A DNA stretch of 24,061 bases from Deferrisomatales bacterium (lineage in GTDB: Bacteria > Desulfobacterota > Deferrisomatia > Deferrisomatales > JACRMM01): contig JAWSUI010000057.1 of NCBI GenBank assembly GCA_033551855.1, forward strand, positions 1-24,061, given 5' to 3'. Within the stretch, counting starts at the first letter, position 1. Every line of letters begins with the position of its first letter. Below the pieces are notes generated by a model. That model searched no databases and was not told where the DNA came from. It saw nothing but the letters and a program-made list of their open reading frames with translations. The translations under genes and the position numbers were made by a program. Shown here piece by piece: positions 1 to 8,800 of the stretch.

Positions 1-78
1 AAAATAATAGGGCCGTATCCTGGTTACATGCAACTACCTAACCGGACAACACTGACTGTTTGTAGAAACAGACATAGG

Positions 79-120
79 CAAAACCCCCTAGCCGCAAAGA
101 TAAAGGGCTAGGGGGTTTTG
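79..120. repeat. Perfect 15-bp inverted repeat (hairpin/operator/terminator-like)
   Basis: CAAAACCCCCTAGCC (79-93) and GGCTAGGGGGTTTTG (106-120), with a 12-nt loop; extends to 77-122 with one G-U pair. A/T runs at the stem base on both strands would also fit a bidirectional terminator. Confidence 0.8.
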
Positions 121-124
121 TCAA
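97..124 (-). promoter_or_regulatory. Sigma70-type promoter firing leftwards out of the window
   Basis: On the - strand, TTGACA (124-119), 16 nt, TATCTT (102-97), in locally AT-rich DNA. Confidence 0.5.
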
Positions 125-182
125 TCAAAAATTACCCACGTTTGGTAAACGGCTTGCACCCGCGGGGGCCGGCCTTCTTTGT

Positions 183-391
183 GGTTCTTGCGGCAAACGA
201 CCGGGTGGGCCCGCCCCCTCCGGCAGACGATGCCGGGCAGTACGGTAGGTGCGCCCCCGGGCCGCATTCGGAATCCTCGCGGCATCGCGGGTCTCGAAAC
301 GGCTGCTCCCGTCGAGCGGCCGTCCGCCTGCGTGGCCGGGCCCACCCGGCCGTCCCTGGGCACGAGTTCCCGGTCATTTCCCCGATGAACC
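183..391 (+). mobile_element. 209-bp MITE/REP-like structured repeat, copy 1
   Basis: Ungapped direct repeat of 10604-10812 (20 mismatches in 209 by manual alignment). Imperfect 24-bp terminal inverted repeats (18/24), several internal stems and no plausible coding capacity. Confidence 0.75.
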
Positions 392-427
392 ACTCTTGTC
401 GATGGGCCCGGGGGGCGGCGGAAGGGA

Positions 428-2335
428 TCAGAAGATGTCGCCGAAGGTCGAGCGGACCATGCCCTGAAGGCGCTCCGTGGCCTCCAGGGCGTGGCGCAAG
501 AGGTAGCGCTGCTGGATGGGCAGGGCCTGGGGGTCGATGTAGTTGTCGGGGGCTTGGCCCAGGCGAAGTTTCTTGGCTTGGGCCGTCAGGCGGAAGTGGC
601 AGAGGGTGCGGTACGCGGTCTGGACGAACTCGGCCTCGTCGGCGGGGATGGCCCCGGCCTGGGCCAGGGCTTCCAGGCGCTCGGTGGTCCCGGTTTCGGA
701 CACCCCGTGACGCAGCGCGAGGATCCGGGCGCACTCCACCACGAAGAGCAGCCCCGAGCGCTTCACGTCCATCTGACCCTTGTGGGGGCCGGAGCGCTCG
801 GTGACGAAGTTCTTGAAGAACGTCAGGGGCACACGGTGGTTGGAGGCCTCTCGGTACAGGCTTCGCAGGAGATGGAAGTTCCGTTGGATGCCCCGGGTGA
901 TGAAGGCCCGCAGGTTCTCGGCCAGTCCCGCGTCGCCCCAGATGGGCTCGAAGTCATAGAACAAGGTGGTGTAGCGCACGGCTTTGGAGTCGGGGTTGGC
1001 GTACCACCCCTGGACCTGCTCCTTCCACTCGCCGGCCGGCTTTCTCCACACGGGGTTTCGGCTCATCACGTGGCCCGTGCAAAGGGGGAACCCGGCGCGG
1101 GCCAGGCCCTCGGAGACCTTGTCTCCCAGGTCCATGAAGTAGGGCTCCACCAGGGCCCAGTCCTCCACCGGATAGTCTGCCAGGATCATGCCGTGGTCCT
1201 GGTCGGTGCTGAAGTGGTTCTCGCCCCGGCCGTGGCTCCCCATCACGATGAAACAGAAGGGCAGGGGGAGGCGGCCCCTCCCCTCCTCCTCCATCTCCAG
1301 GATCGAGAGCTCCAGAGCCCGCCGGTGAATGTCGCGGTTGATGTGGGAAAGGAGCCGGCTCACCTCCTCCGAGACCACCCCCTCGTCGAGGAGGTCGGCG
1401 CAGACCACGAGGCTCTGCTGGTGGGCCTCGCCCAAGTGCTCGAAGGACCGGGCGCCGTCGATGGCCTCCGCCAACTCCAAGGTGGCGTTGGTACCCAGGG
1501 CCAGGAGCTCCCGCATGGACAGGACCCCCACCAGCCGGCCTCCCTCCATCACCGGGAGGTGCCGCACGTGCCGGCGGCGCATGAGGCCCAGGGCGTTGTA
1601 GAGGTATGCGTCCGAGGGGAGGGTCACCACCGGGGCCGACATCACCTCGGACACCGGGACGCGGTCCGGATCCAGACTGCGGGCGAGGACCCGCTGGATC
1701 AGGTCCTTCTCCGTCACGATGCCTTGGATCCCCTCGGGGCCGGCCACGATCACCGAGCTCGCCTCGACCTCCCCCATGTACGTGGCGGCCTCCCGAGCGG
1801 TGGCCGAGGGGGGCAAAGTGGTGGCGGGGCTCGTCATCGCCTCGCTCACCCGCCGCCGGAACGGGAACGTCTGGACCCGGGTCAGGGGACCCCTTGCAGA
1901 CTGGGCCTCGATCTCGTGGAAGAGCTCCCCCACCCTCTGGGCCATGGTGACCGCCAAAACCTGGCCCACCGCAGGGTACTTCTGGACCAGGTCCTGCACT
2001 ATCGCCACCGGGATTTGAAGAATCTCCCCTGCCGCAAGCACCCGGGCCGAGACGGGGAAGGGGTCGGAAGTGAAGACGGTGAGCCAGCCCACGAACTGCC
2101 CCGGCCGGGCCAGGCTCACGGCCCGCTCTTCATCGGGGGGCCCGACCCGGATCTCCGCGGTGGCGGTGAGCAGGTAGAAGACGTGAGGGGGCTGCCCCTC
2201 TCCCTGGCGGAAGAGGTATTCCCCGACGGCGGCCTCCCTGCCGACGACCGTTTCCTCGAGCCGGCGCAGGGCTTCTTCGGGGAGCCCGCGCAGGGCGGGG
2301 ATGCCGTCGAGCAGCCGTTCCACGTCTCCGGTCAT
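428..2335 (-). CDS. cNMP-binding + tandem CBS + DUF294 nucleotidyltransferase + DUF294_C protein (635 aa)
   Basis: Start moved to ATG 2335 (MTGDVERLL), with GGAGG upstream. N-terminal Crp-type beta-roll (YLFRQGE..FYLL). CBS pair (VSEAMTSP..GIVTEKDL; VMSAPVVT..RHLPV..VGVLSMREL). Pol-beta NTase motif GSHGRGE...TDQD, then the DUF294 motifs MSRNPVWR and DVKRSG. Confidence 0.9.
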   Translation of the reverse strand: MTGDVERLLDGIPALRGLPEEALRRLEETVVGREAAVGEYLFRQGEGQPPHVFYLLTATAEIRVGPPDEERAVSLARPGQFVGWLTVFTSDPFPVSARVLAAGEILQIPVAIVQDLVQKYPAVGQVLAVTMAQRVGELFHEIEAQSARGPLTRVQTFPFRRRVSEAMTSPATTLPPSATAREAATYMGEVEASSVIVAGPEGIQGIVTEKDLIQRVLARSLDPDRVPVSEVMSAPVVTLPSDAYLYNALGLMRRRHVRHLPVMEGGRLVGVLSMRELLALGTNATLELAEAIDGARSFEHLGEAHQQSLVVCADLLDEGVVSEEVSRLLSHINRDIHRRALELSILEMEEEGRGRLPLPFCFIVMGSHGRGENHFSTDQDHGMILADYPVEDWALVEPYFMDLGDKVSEGLARAGFPLCTGHVMSRNPVWRKPAGEWKEQVQGWYANPDSKAVRYTTLFYDFEPIWGDAGLAENLRAFITRGIQRNFHLLRSLYREASNHRVPLTFFKNFVTERSGPHKGQMDVKRSGLLFVVECARILALRHGVSETGTTERLEALAQAGAIPADEAEFVQTAYRTLCHFRLTAQAKKLRLGQAPDNYIDPQALPIQQRYLLRHALEATERLQGMVRSTFGDIF

Positions 2336-2594
2336 TCCCCCTGCCTCCCGCCGCGGCGCATCCAGGCCTCCCCCCGACCGACTCCCGCCACCCCCGGGGC
2401 TCGACTCGAGCGTAACGCGGGCACCGGGTTCCGTCAACGCCGGGCCTGGTTCCCGGGGCCACCCGGCCGGGCAGATTCGGCCGGGCACGGCGGCGGGGCA
2501 GCCTTCCCTGGAAGGCCTTTTTGAGATATGGTTTGACAGTGACCCGCGGTCTCTGGTTCAAGGCAGGAAACGGAGGGTTGCACGGAGAGGGGAG

Positions 2595-2966
2595 ATGGCC
2601 AGGAAGAAGATCCTCGCGGTGGACGACGAGCCCAACATCCTCCTGTCTCTCGAGTACATCCTCGAGCAGGAGGGCTACGACGTGCACGTGGCGCGGGACG
2701 GGGAAGAGGCCCTGGAGGTCGCAGAGCGCGTCCGACCCGACCTGATCCTCCTGGACGTGGCCATGCCCCGCCGGGACGGCTATGAGGTGTGCCGCCTCCT
2801 GAGGCAGCGCGAGGACCTGACGGGGGTGCGGGTGCTGATGCTCACCGCCAAGGGGCAGCCCCTGGAGCGCAAGAAGGGGCTCGAGGTGGGGGCCGACGTG
2901 TACGTCACCAAGCCCTTCAGCGCCGACGACCTGCTCCAGAAGATCCGGGCCGCGCTGCGCGAATGA
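2595..2966 (+). CDS. Stand-alone response regulator receiver (CheY-like, 123 aa)
   Basis: ATG 2595 follows GGAGAGGGGAG. D10-D11, phosphoacceptor D54 (LLDVAMP), MLTAK and TKPF are all intact. No output domain. Confidence 0.92.
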   Translation: MARKKILAVDDEPNILLSLEYILEQEGYDVHVARDGEEALEVAERVRPDLILLDVAMPRRDGYEVCRLLRQREDLTGVRVLMLTAKGQPLERKKGLEVGADVYVTKPFSADDLLQKIRAALRE

Positions 2967-5686
2967 CGGTCGCGCCCCCTCCCCTCTCCGTCCGGCGAAG
3001 CCTGCGCACCCGCTTCGTGCTCACCTTTGCCGGGCTGGCGGTGATCCCCTCCCTGGCGGCTCTGGCTGGGCTCTTCTTCCTCGTGCGGTACGACGTGGGC
3101 ACCCTGCGGGGTGCGGACATGGCCCAGGAGGCGGGGCTGCTGGCCGCTCAGCTCGAGGCCCAGGTCGAGGCGGCCGCCCGCTCGGCGGCGGGGATCGCCA
3201 GCCTGCCCGACGTGCGGGGCCACCTCGCCGGAGAGCGACCCTACCCGCTCGCCGACCTCTCTGCCGCTCGCCGACTCGTGCCCGGCCTCCGGCACTTGAC
3301 CCTCCGGGCGGAGGCGACCCCCGATCCCCGGCTCTCCGACATCGTTACCTGGGGCACCGACGAGACCTTCGAGGTCCGGGTCCCGATCGTGGGTGTGGAG
3401 GGCGTTCGAGCGGGAACACTGGAGGTGTCCTTCGATCTGGAGCGCCTGCACCGGGTCCTCGAGTGGTACCGCCGGGGCGAGGCCGGCCGGGCGGTGCTCC
3501 TGGGGGAGGGGGGGAGGCTGTTGGCGGGGTTTGCCGATCTTCCCCTGCCGCCTTTGGGCCGGGCGAGCCGAGGATGGGTCAGCTATCGGGTGGGGGGCGA
3601 GACCTATTTTGCCGGCATCGCCCCCGTGGATCCCTGGGGCGGGGGGCTTCCGCCGGCCTGGCACCTGGCGGTCATCCAGCCGGGGGCGGAGGTCTATGCC
3701 TCCTTCTATACCGTGGCGGGGCAGATCGCCCTGGTCCTGGGCGCCTTCAGCCTGGTGGTGCTGGCCTTGGCGTGGCGCATGGCGGACCAGTTCCTGCGCC
3801 CGATCCTGCGGATTCACAACGGGGCCGAGATCATTTCCCGGATCAACCTCGCCCACCGCATTCAGGTGGACACGGGGGACGAGCTCCAGGCCCTGGCAGA
3901 AGGGTTCAACCGGATGGCCGAGAGTCTCTCGGGCGCCTACGGGGAGCTCGAGGGCCGGGTCCGGGAGACCACCCGTTCGCTGCAGGAGGAACGCAACCGG
4001 CTGGCTGCGGTGCTTCGCACCATGGCCGAGGGTGTGGTCATGGGCAACGAGGACGGAGATGTCGTCCTCATGAACCCGGCCGCCCGTGTCGCGCTGTGCA
4101 CCGGCCCTTCGGCGGGGATCGGCGGCCCCCTCTGCCACCTTCTCCCCGAGGCCCGCCTCGAGTTCTATCTGCGCCGCCTGCGAAGTCATTCGGAAGGGGG
4201 GCGGGACGCGGTCGAGCCGGTGACCTTCCCTCTGTCCCAGGGACCCCTGCTGCGGGGGCTGCTTTCCGCCATCCCGGGCCCCGGGGGCGGCCGGGCGGGG
4301 TATCTCGTGGTGTTCCGGGACACCAGCGCCCGGGCGCAGGAAGAGCGCCGCCTCGAGCGGGCGGTGCGGGAGATGCCGGAGCTCCTGCGGGGGCCCACGG
4401 CCGCCGCCCGTTCCCTCCTCGAGACCCTCGAGCGCCACCCGGACATGCCCGCCGAGCGCCAGAAGCGATTCCTGGACGGCATCCGGGAAGAGGTCTCCCG
4501 CCTGACGGATCGGCTGCGCCTGGCCGAGGACGCGGCCGAGGCGGGCCAGACCCTGCTCCCCGGCGTTCCCTGCGATCCCTCCGAGCTCCTGCGCGAGGCG
4601 GCCGCCTCGGTCTCCGGTGCCTTCGTCCAGATCGAGGACGCCGACGAGCGGCTGCCCGCGGTGTCGGTGGAGCCCTTCTCTTGGGTGTCGGCTCTGGCGG
4701 CGCTCCTGCGCTGGGCCGGGGCCCGGTCTTCCGGTTGGTCGCCCGTGCGAGCGGCCCTGCGGTGGGAGGACGGGGCGGTGGTGGCCACGTTCCAGGTGGA
4801 GGGGGCCCTGGGGTCGGGCACCGCGGAGATCGAGGAGCTCGACGCCGCGCCCCCGGGGGAGGCCCCCGCCTCCCTGGCCGAGGTGGTGCGCCGGAATCGG
4901 GGCGAGGTCTGGACGCGGGTAACGGAGGGAGGCTTCGAGGTGCGGCTGGCGCTGCTCCCGGCGACGGAGCCGGCGGCGGAGGCCCGGGTCGAGGGCATCG
5001 CGGACGAGCAGCCCGAGTTCTACGACTTCGACCTCTTCCTCCCTCGCCCTTCCACGGAGCCTGCGGAGATGCTCCGCACCTCCCTCGCGAACTTGGAATA
5101 CGTGGTCTTCGATAGTGAGACCACGGGGCTTCACCCCTCCCAGGGGGACGAGGTGGTGAGCCTGAGCGCGGTCCGGGTCCGCCACGGCAAGGTCCAGCAC
5201 GCCGACACCTTCCACAGCCTGGTCAACCCGGGTCGGCCCATTCCCCGTGCCTCGATTCGCTTTCACGGCATCGAGGACGCCATGGTGGCCGATGCCCCCG
5301 GCATGGCCGAGGTCCTTCCCCTCTTCTACGAGTACGTGGGAGGGTCGGTGCTCGTGGCCCACAACGCGGCCTTCGACAAGAAGTTCCTGGACCTGGCGGC
5401 CGGCCGGTTCGGCCTGCCCCTGCTGGAGAACCCGATCCTCGACACCCTGTTCCTCTCCTACGGCCTCCACAAGGACTTCGAGGGGCACAACCTGGACGCC
5501 ATCGCCGAGCGCTTGGGGATAGAGATGCAGGGACGGCACACCTCCCTCGGGGACGCCCGGGTGACGGCCCTGATCTTCCTGCGGCTGGTCCCGCTGCTCG
5601 CGACCCGTGGTATCGAGACCCTGGGTCAGGCCAAGGACTTCTGCGACCGGATGCTGCTCTTGCGCTGGCAGTCTTCCCGCTTCTGA
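2963..5686 (+). CDS. Membrane-anchored TM-Cache-TM-HAMP-PAS-degenerate HisKA/HATPase-DEDDh 3'-5' exonuclease (DnaQ-like) fusion (907 aa)
   Basis: ATGA overlap with the receiver stop. Two hydrophobic helices flank a periplasmic region. HAMP (LRPILRI..GDELQALAEGFNRM), PAS-like (MAEGVVMGNEDGDVVLMNPAA..LVVFRDTS) and an H-box-like ELLRGP lacking His. After the linker EFYDFDLF come Exo I FDSETTG, Exo II HNAAFD and Exo III RHTSLGDA. Confidence 0.85.
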   Translation: MTVAPPPLSVRRSLRTRFVLTFAGLAVIPSLAALAGLFFLVRYDVGTLRGADMAQEAGLLAAQLEAQVEAAARSAAGIASLPDVRGHLAGERPYPLADLSAARRLVPGLRHLTLRAEATPDPRLSDIVTWGTDETFEVRVPIVGVEGVRAGTLEVSFDLERLHRVLEWYRRGEAGRAVLLGEGGRLLAGFADLPLPPLGRASRGWVSYRVGGETYFAGIAPVDPWGGGLPPAWHLAVIQPGAEVYASFYTVAGQIALVLGAFSLVVLALAWRMADQFLRPILRIHNGAEIISRINLAHRIQVDTGDELQALAEGFNRMAESLSGAYGELEGRVRETTRSLQEERNRLAAVLRTMAEGVVMGNEDGDVVLMNPAARVALCTGPSAGIGGPLCHLLPEARLEFYLRRLRSHSEGGRDAVEPVTFPLSQGPLLRGLLSAIPGPGGGRAGYLVVFRDTSARAQEERRLERAVREMPELLRGPTAAARSLLETLERHPDMPAERQKRFLDGIREEVSRLTDRLRLAEDAAEAGQTLLPGVPCDPSELLREAAASVSGAFVQIEDADERLPAVSVEPFSWVSALAALLRWAGARSSGWSPVRAALRWEDGAVVATFQVEGALGSGTAEIEELDAAPPGEAPASLAEVVRRNRGEVWTRVTEGGFEVRLALLPATEPAAEARVEGIADEQPEFYDFDLFLPRPSTEPAEMLRTSLANLEYVVFDSETTGLHPSQGDEVVSLSAVRVRHGKVQHADTFHSLVNPGRPIPRASIRFHGIEDAMVADAPGMAEVLPLFYEYVGGSVLVAHNAAFDKKFLDLAAGRFGLPLLENPILDTLFLSYGLHKDFEGHNLDAIAERLGIEMQGRHTSLGDARVTALIFLRLVPLLATRGIETLGQAKDFCDRMLLLRWQSSRF

Positions 5687-5706
5687 CGGAGGCCGCCCCG
5701 GCACCC

Positions 5707-5895
5707 ATGGACCGCTCGAACCGAGGCCTGGCCGCCCTGCTGGTCCTGGGAGTCGCGGGGCTCCTGTCCCCCCTGGTGGGGGCCTTCAACCGGCCGGAGG
5801 GCGTGGCGGGGCTGCCGCTGCTCCCCCTCTACCTCTTCTCCACCTGGGGGGTCCTGGTCCTGGGGGCCTGGCTCCTGACCCGGAGGAAGAGGTGA
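5707..5895 (+). CDS. Small 2-TM membrane protein (62 aa), probable accessory subunit of the SLC5-type kinase
   Basis: Two hydrophobic segments (..FNRPEGVAGLPLLPLYLFSTW..) and a basic tail; GTGA-coupled to the next gene. Resembles the small membrane proteins that precede solute:sodium symporters. Confidence 0.75.
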   Translation: MDRSNRGLAALLVLGVAGLLSPLVGAFNRPEGVAGLPLLPLYLFSTWGVLVLGAWLLTRRKR

Positions 5896-8800
5896 TCTCC
5901 ACCTTCTGGGTGGCGTTCCTGGGGGTCGCCTACGTGCTGGGGCTCTTCGCCATCGCCTACGCGGCCGACCGGGCCCGCGCGCGCGGGCGGAGCCCCGTGG
6001 ACAACCCCTGGGTCTACAGCCTCTCCCTGGCGGTGTACTGCACCTCCTGGACCTTCTACGGGAGCGTGGGGCGGGCCGCGGGCCAGGGTCTCGGGTTCCT
6101 TCCCGTCTACCTCGGGCCCACCCTGGTCTTCCTCCTCGCCCCCACGGTGCTCCGGCGCGTCGTGGCCCACGCCCGGGCAGAGGGGGTCACGAGCGTGCCG
6201 GACCTGCTCGAGTCCCTGTACGGCAAAGGGCGGCTCCTGGGCGCCCTGGCCACCACGATGCTGGTGATCGGGGTGACCCCCTACATCGGCCTCCAACTCA
6301 AGGCGGTGGGGTACACCTTCGATCTCCTCACCGGGCGCCCCCCGGCGGCCACCCTGTGGGACGACGCCGCCCTGTGGGCCGCACTGGGGCTGGGTCTCTT
6401 TTCGGTTCTCTTCGGCGCCCGGACCCTTGTGACCACCGAGCGCCACGAGGGGATGGTGGCCGCGGTCGCCTTCGAGAGCGCCGTGAAACTGGGGGTTTTC
6501 CTGGTCCTGGGGGTGTACATCGTGTGGGGGATCGGAGGGGGTCTGGGGGCGGTCTTCACCGAGGCCCTGGCCCGGCCCGAGCTCTCCCATCACTTCGTCC
6601 TGGGGGAGGGGTCGGGCACGCCCTTCGCCGAATGGGTCAGCGTCAGCATCCTCTCCGCTTGCGCCGTGATCCTGCTGCCCCGGCAGTTCCACATGCTCGC
6701 CGTGGAGAACGTGCGCGAAGAGCACCTGCGGCCCGCGGCGTGGATCTTTCCCGCCTACCTCCTCCTCATCAACCTTCTCGTGCTGCCCGTGGCCCTGGTG
6801 GGGCTCCTGGCGGGGGAGCCGGGGTCGCCGGACTTCTTCCTCATCTCCATGCCCCTGTCCCGGGGCCGGATCGACCTGGCGTTCCTGGCCTTCGTGGGAG
6901 GTTTCTCGGCTGCCACCGGCATGGTGATCGTGGCTTCCGTGGCCTTGGCCACCATGATCCTCCACCACCCGGGAATCGGGCTGCTGGGGCAGTTCTCGGT
7001 CTCCCTGGGCAAGTACAACCAGGCGGACTTCAGCCGGCACCTCCTGCTCGCCAAGAGGCTCGTCATCTTTGGGGTGGTCCTTCTGGGCTACGGGTTCAAG
7101 CGGTGGATCGGAGACTCCCACACCCTGGTCAACATCGGGCTCCTGTCCTTCTCGGCGGTGACCCAGTTCGCCCCGGCCGTGTTCCTGGGTCTCTACTGGC
7201 GGGGAGGGACCCGTGCGGGGGCCCTCACCGGCCTGGTCCTGGGGTTCGCGGTCTGGTCGTACACGCTCCTCCTGCCGAGCGTCGCCGAGTCGGGGTGGGT
7301 CGGGGCGGCCATCCTTTTCGAGGGCCCTTGGGGTGTCGAGCTCTTGCGGCCCCAAGCGCTCTTCGGGCTCGCGGGGCTGGACCCTTGGACCCACGCCCTG
7401 GTGTGGAGCCTGGTGTTCAACCTGGGGGGCTACGTGACCGCCAGCCTGCTCTCGAAAGCCCGGCCCCGGGCCTCCGAGCTCTCCCCGCGCCAGACCTGGG
7501 CCTCGCGCGAGGACCTCGAGGCCCTGATCACCCGGTTCGTGGGCACCGAGAAGGCCCGGGAAGTGTTCGCGGGCCTCCCGGAGCGCGCCTCCCCCCAGGT
7601 GCTGGTGGAGACCGCCGAGCGGTGCCTCGCCGGTGCCCTCGGCACCCCTTCGGCCCGCACGGTGATCGAGAGCTTCCTCGCGTGGCCCCGGGATCAGGCG
7701 GGGGAGATCCTGGACGTGTTCGGGGGGGTGAGCCGGTCCCTGGAGGAGGGCCGCGGCTCCATGGAGCGCCGGCTGCGGGAGCTCATGGTGCTCCATGAGG
7801 CGTCGAGCACCCTCTCCAAGAGCCTCCACATCGACACGGTGCTCGCCGAGGTGCTCCACCTGATCCACCGCGAGTTCGGGTTCGAGTACCTCGGCGTGCG
7901 CCTGCTGGACCCCGACGGTATGCTCCGCATCCGCAGCAATGTGGGCCTGGAGCCCGATTACGTCCGGATCTCGGCGGTCCCCCCCTCCGAGGAAACCTAC
8001 TTCGGGACCTGCTTCCTGCGGGGCGAGCCCGTGGTGCTCGAGGACGCGCGCCACGTGGACAAGCCCGTCTTCTTCCGGCACCTGACCCAGAACGTGCCGG
8101 TGACCGCCCTGATCCACGCTCCGATGGTGCACGAGGGGCGCTCCATCGGCGTCCTGACCGGGTACGCGACCCGGGGGCCCATGCACTTCACGGAGGAGTT
8201 CGTGAGCCTGTTCGCGGCCCTGGCCAACCAGCTCGCGCTGGCCGTGGCCAACGCGCGCCTCTACGCCGAGGTCTCCGACTACAGCCACGCCATGGAGGAG
8301 AAGGTGCGCCACCGCACGGCCGAGCTCGAGGCGGCCAACGCCCGCCTCCGGGAGCTCGACCGGCTCAAGAGCGACTTCCTGTCCACCGTGAGCCACGAGC
8401 TGCGCACCCCCCTGACGTCGATCCGCTCCTTCTCCGAGATCCTGCTCCGCTATGACGTGGACAAGCCCGAGCAGCGGCGCAAGTTCATCGCGATCATCCA
8501 GGCGGAGGCAGAGCGGCTGTCCCGGATGATCAACGAGCTCCTGGACCTGTCCAAGATCGAGGCCGGCAGGATAGAGCTCAACCCCGAGCCGGTGGGGGTG
8601 GAGCAGGCGATCCGCAAGGCCCTGGACGTCGCGCGTCCCCTCCTGGCGGAGAAGGGGGTGCTCGGCCGGCAAGACGTGGAGCGGGGGCTGCCCCTGGTCC
8701 ACGCCGACTCGGACCGCCTGCAGCAGGTGCTGGCGAATCTGCTCTCCAACGCCGCCAAGTTCGCTCCGGCCGAGAGCGAGGTCCGGGTCTCGGCCCGGCG

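Noticed and set aside
71..120. c-di-GMP-I riboswitch-like words (GGCAAA...GCAAAG)
   Set aside because: No GNRA-capped P2 hairpin or matching P3; the sequence is better explained by the simple palindrome.
118..804. ORFs over the 209-bp repeat with similar peptides near 10.6-10.8 kb
   Set aside because: The similarity comes from the DNA repeat. The frames start and stop differently in each copy and show no transposase motifs.
5099..5686. dnaQ (DNA polymerase III epsilon) call
   Set aside because: The domain is fused to a membrane receptor in a signalling operon, so it is unlikely to be the replicative proofreader.
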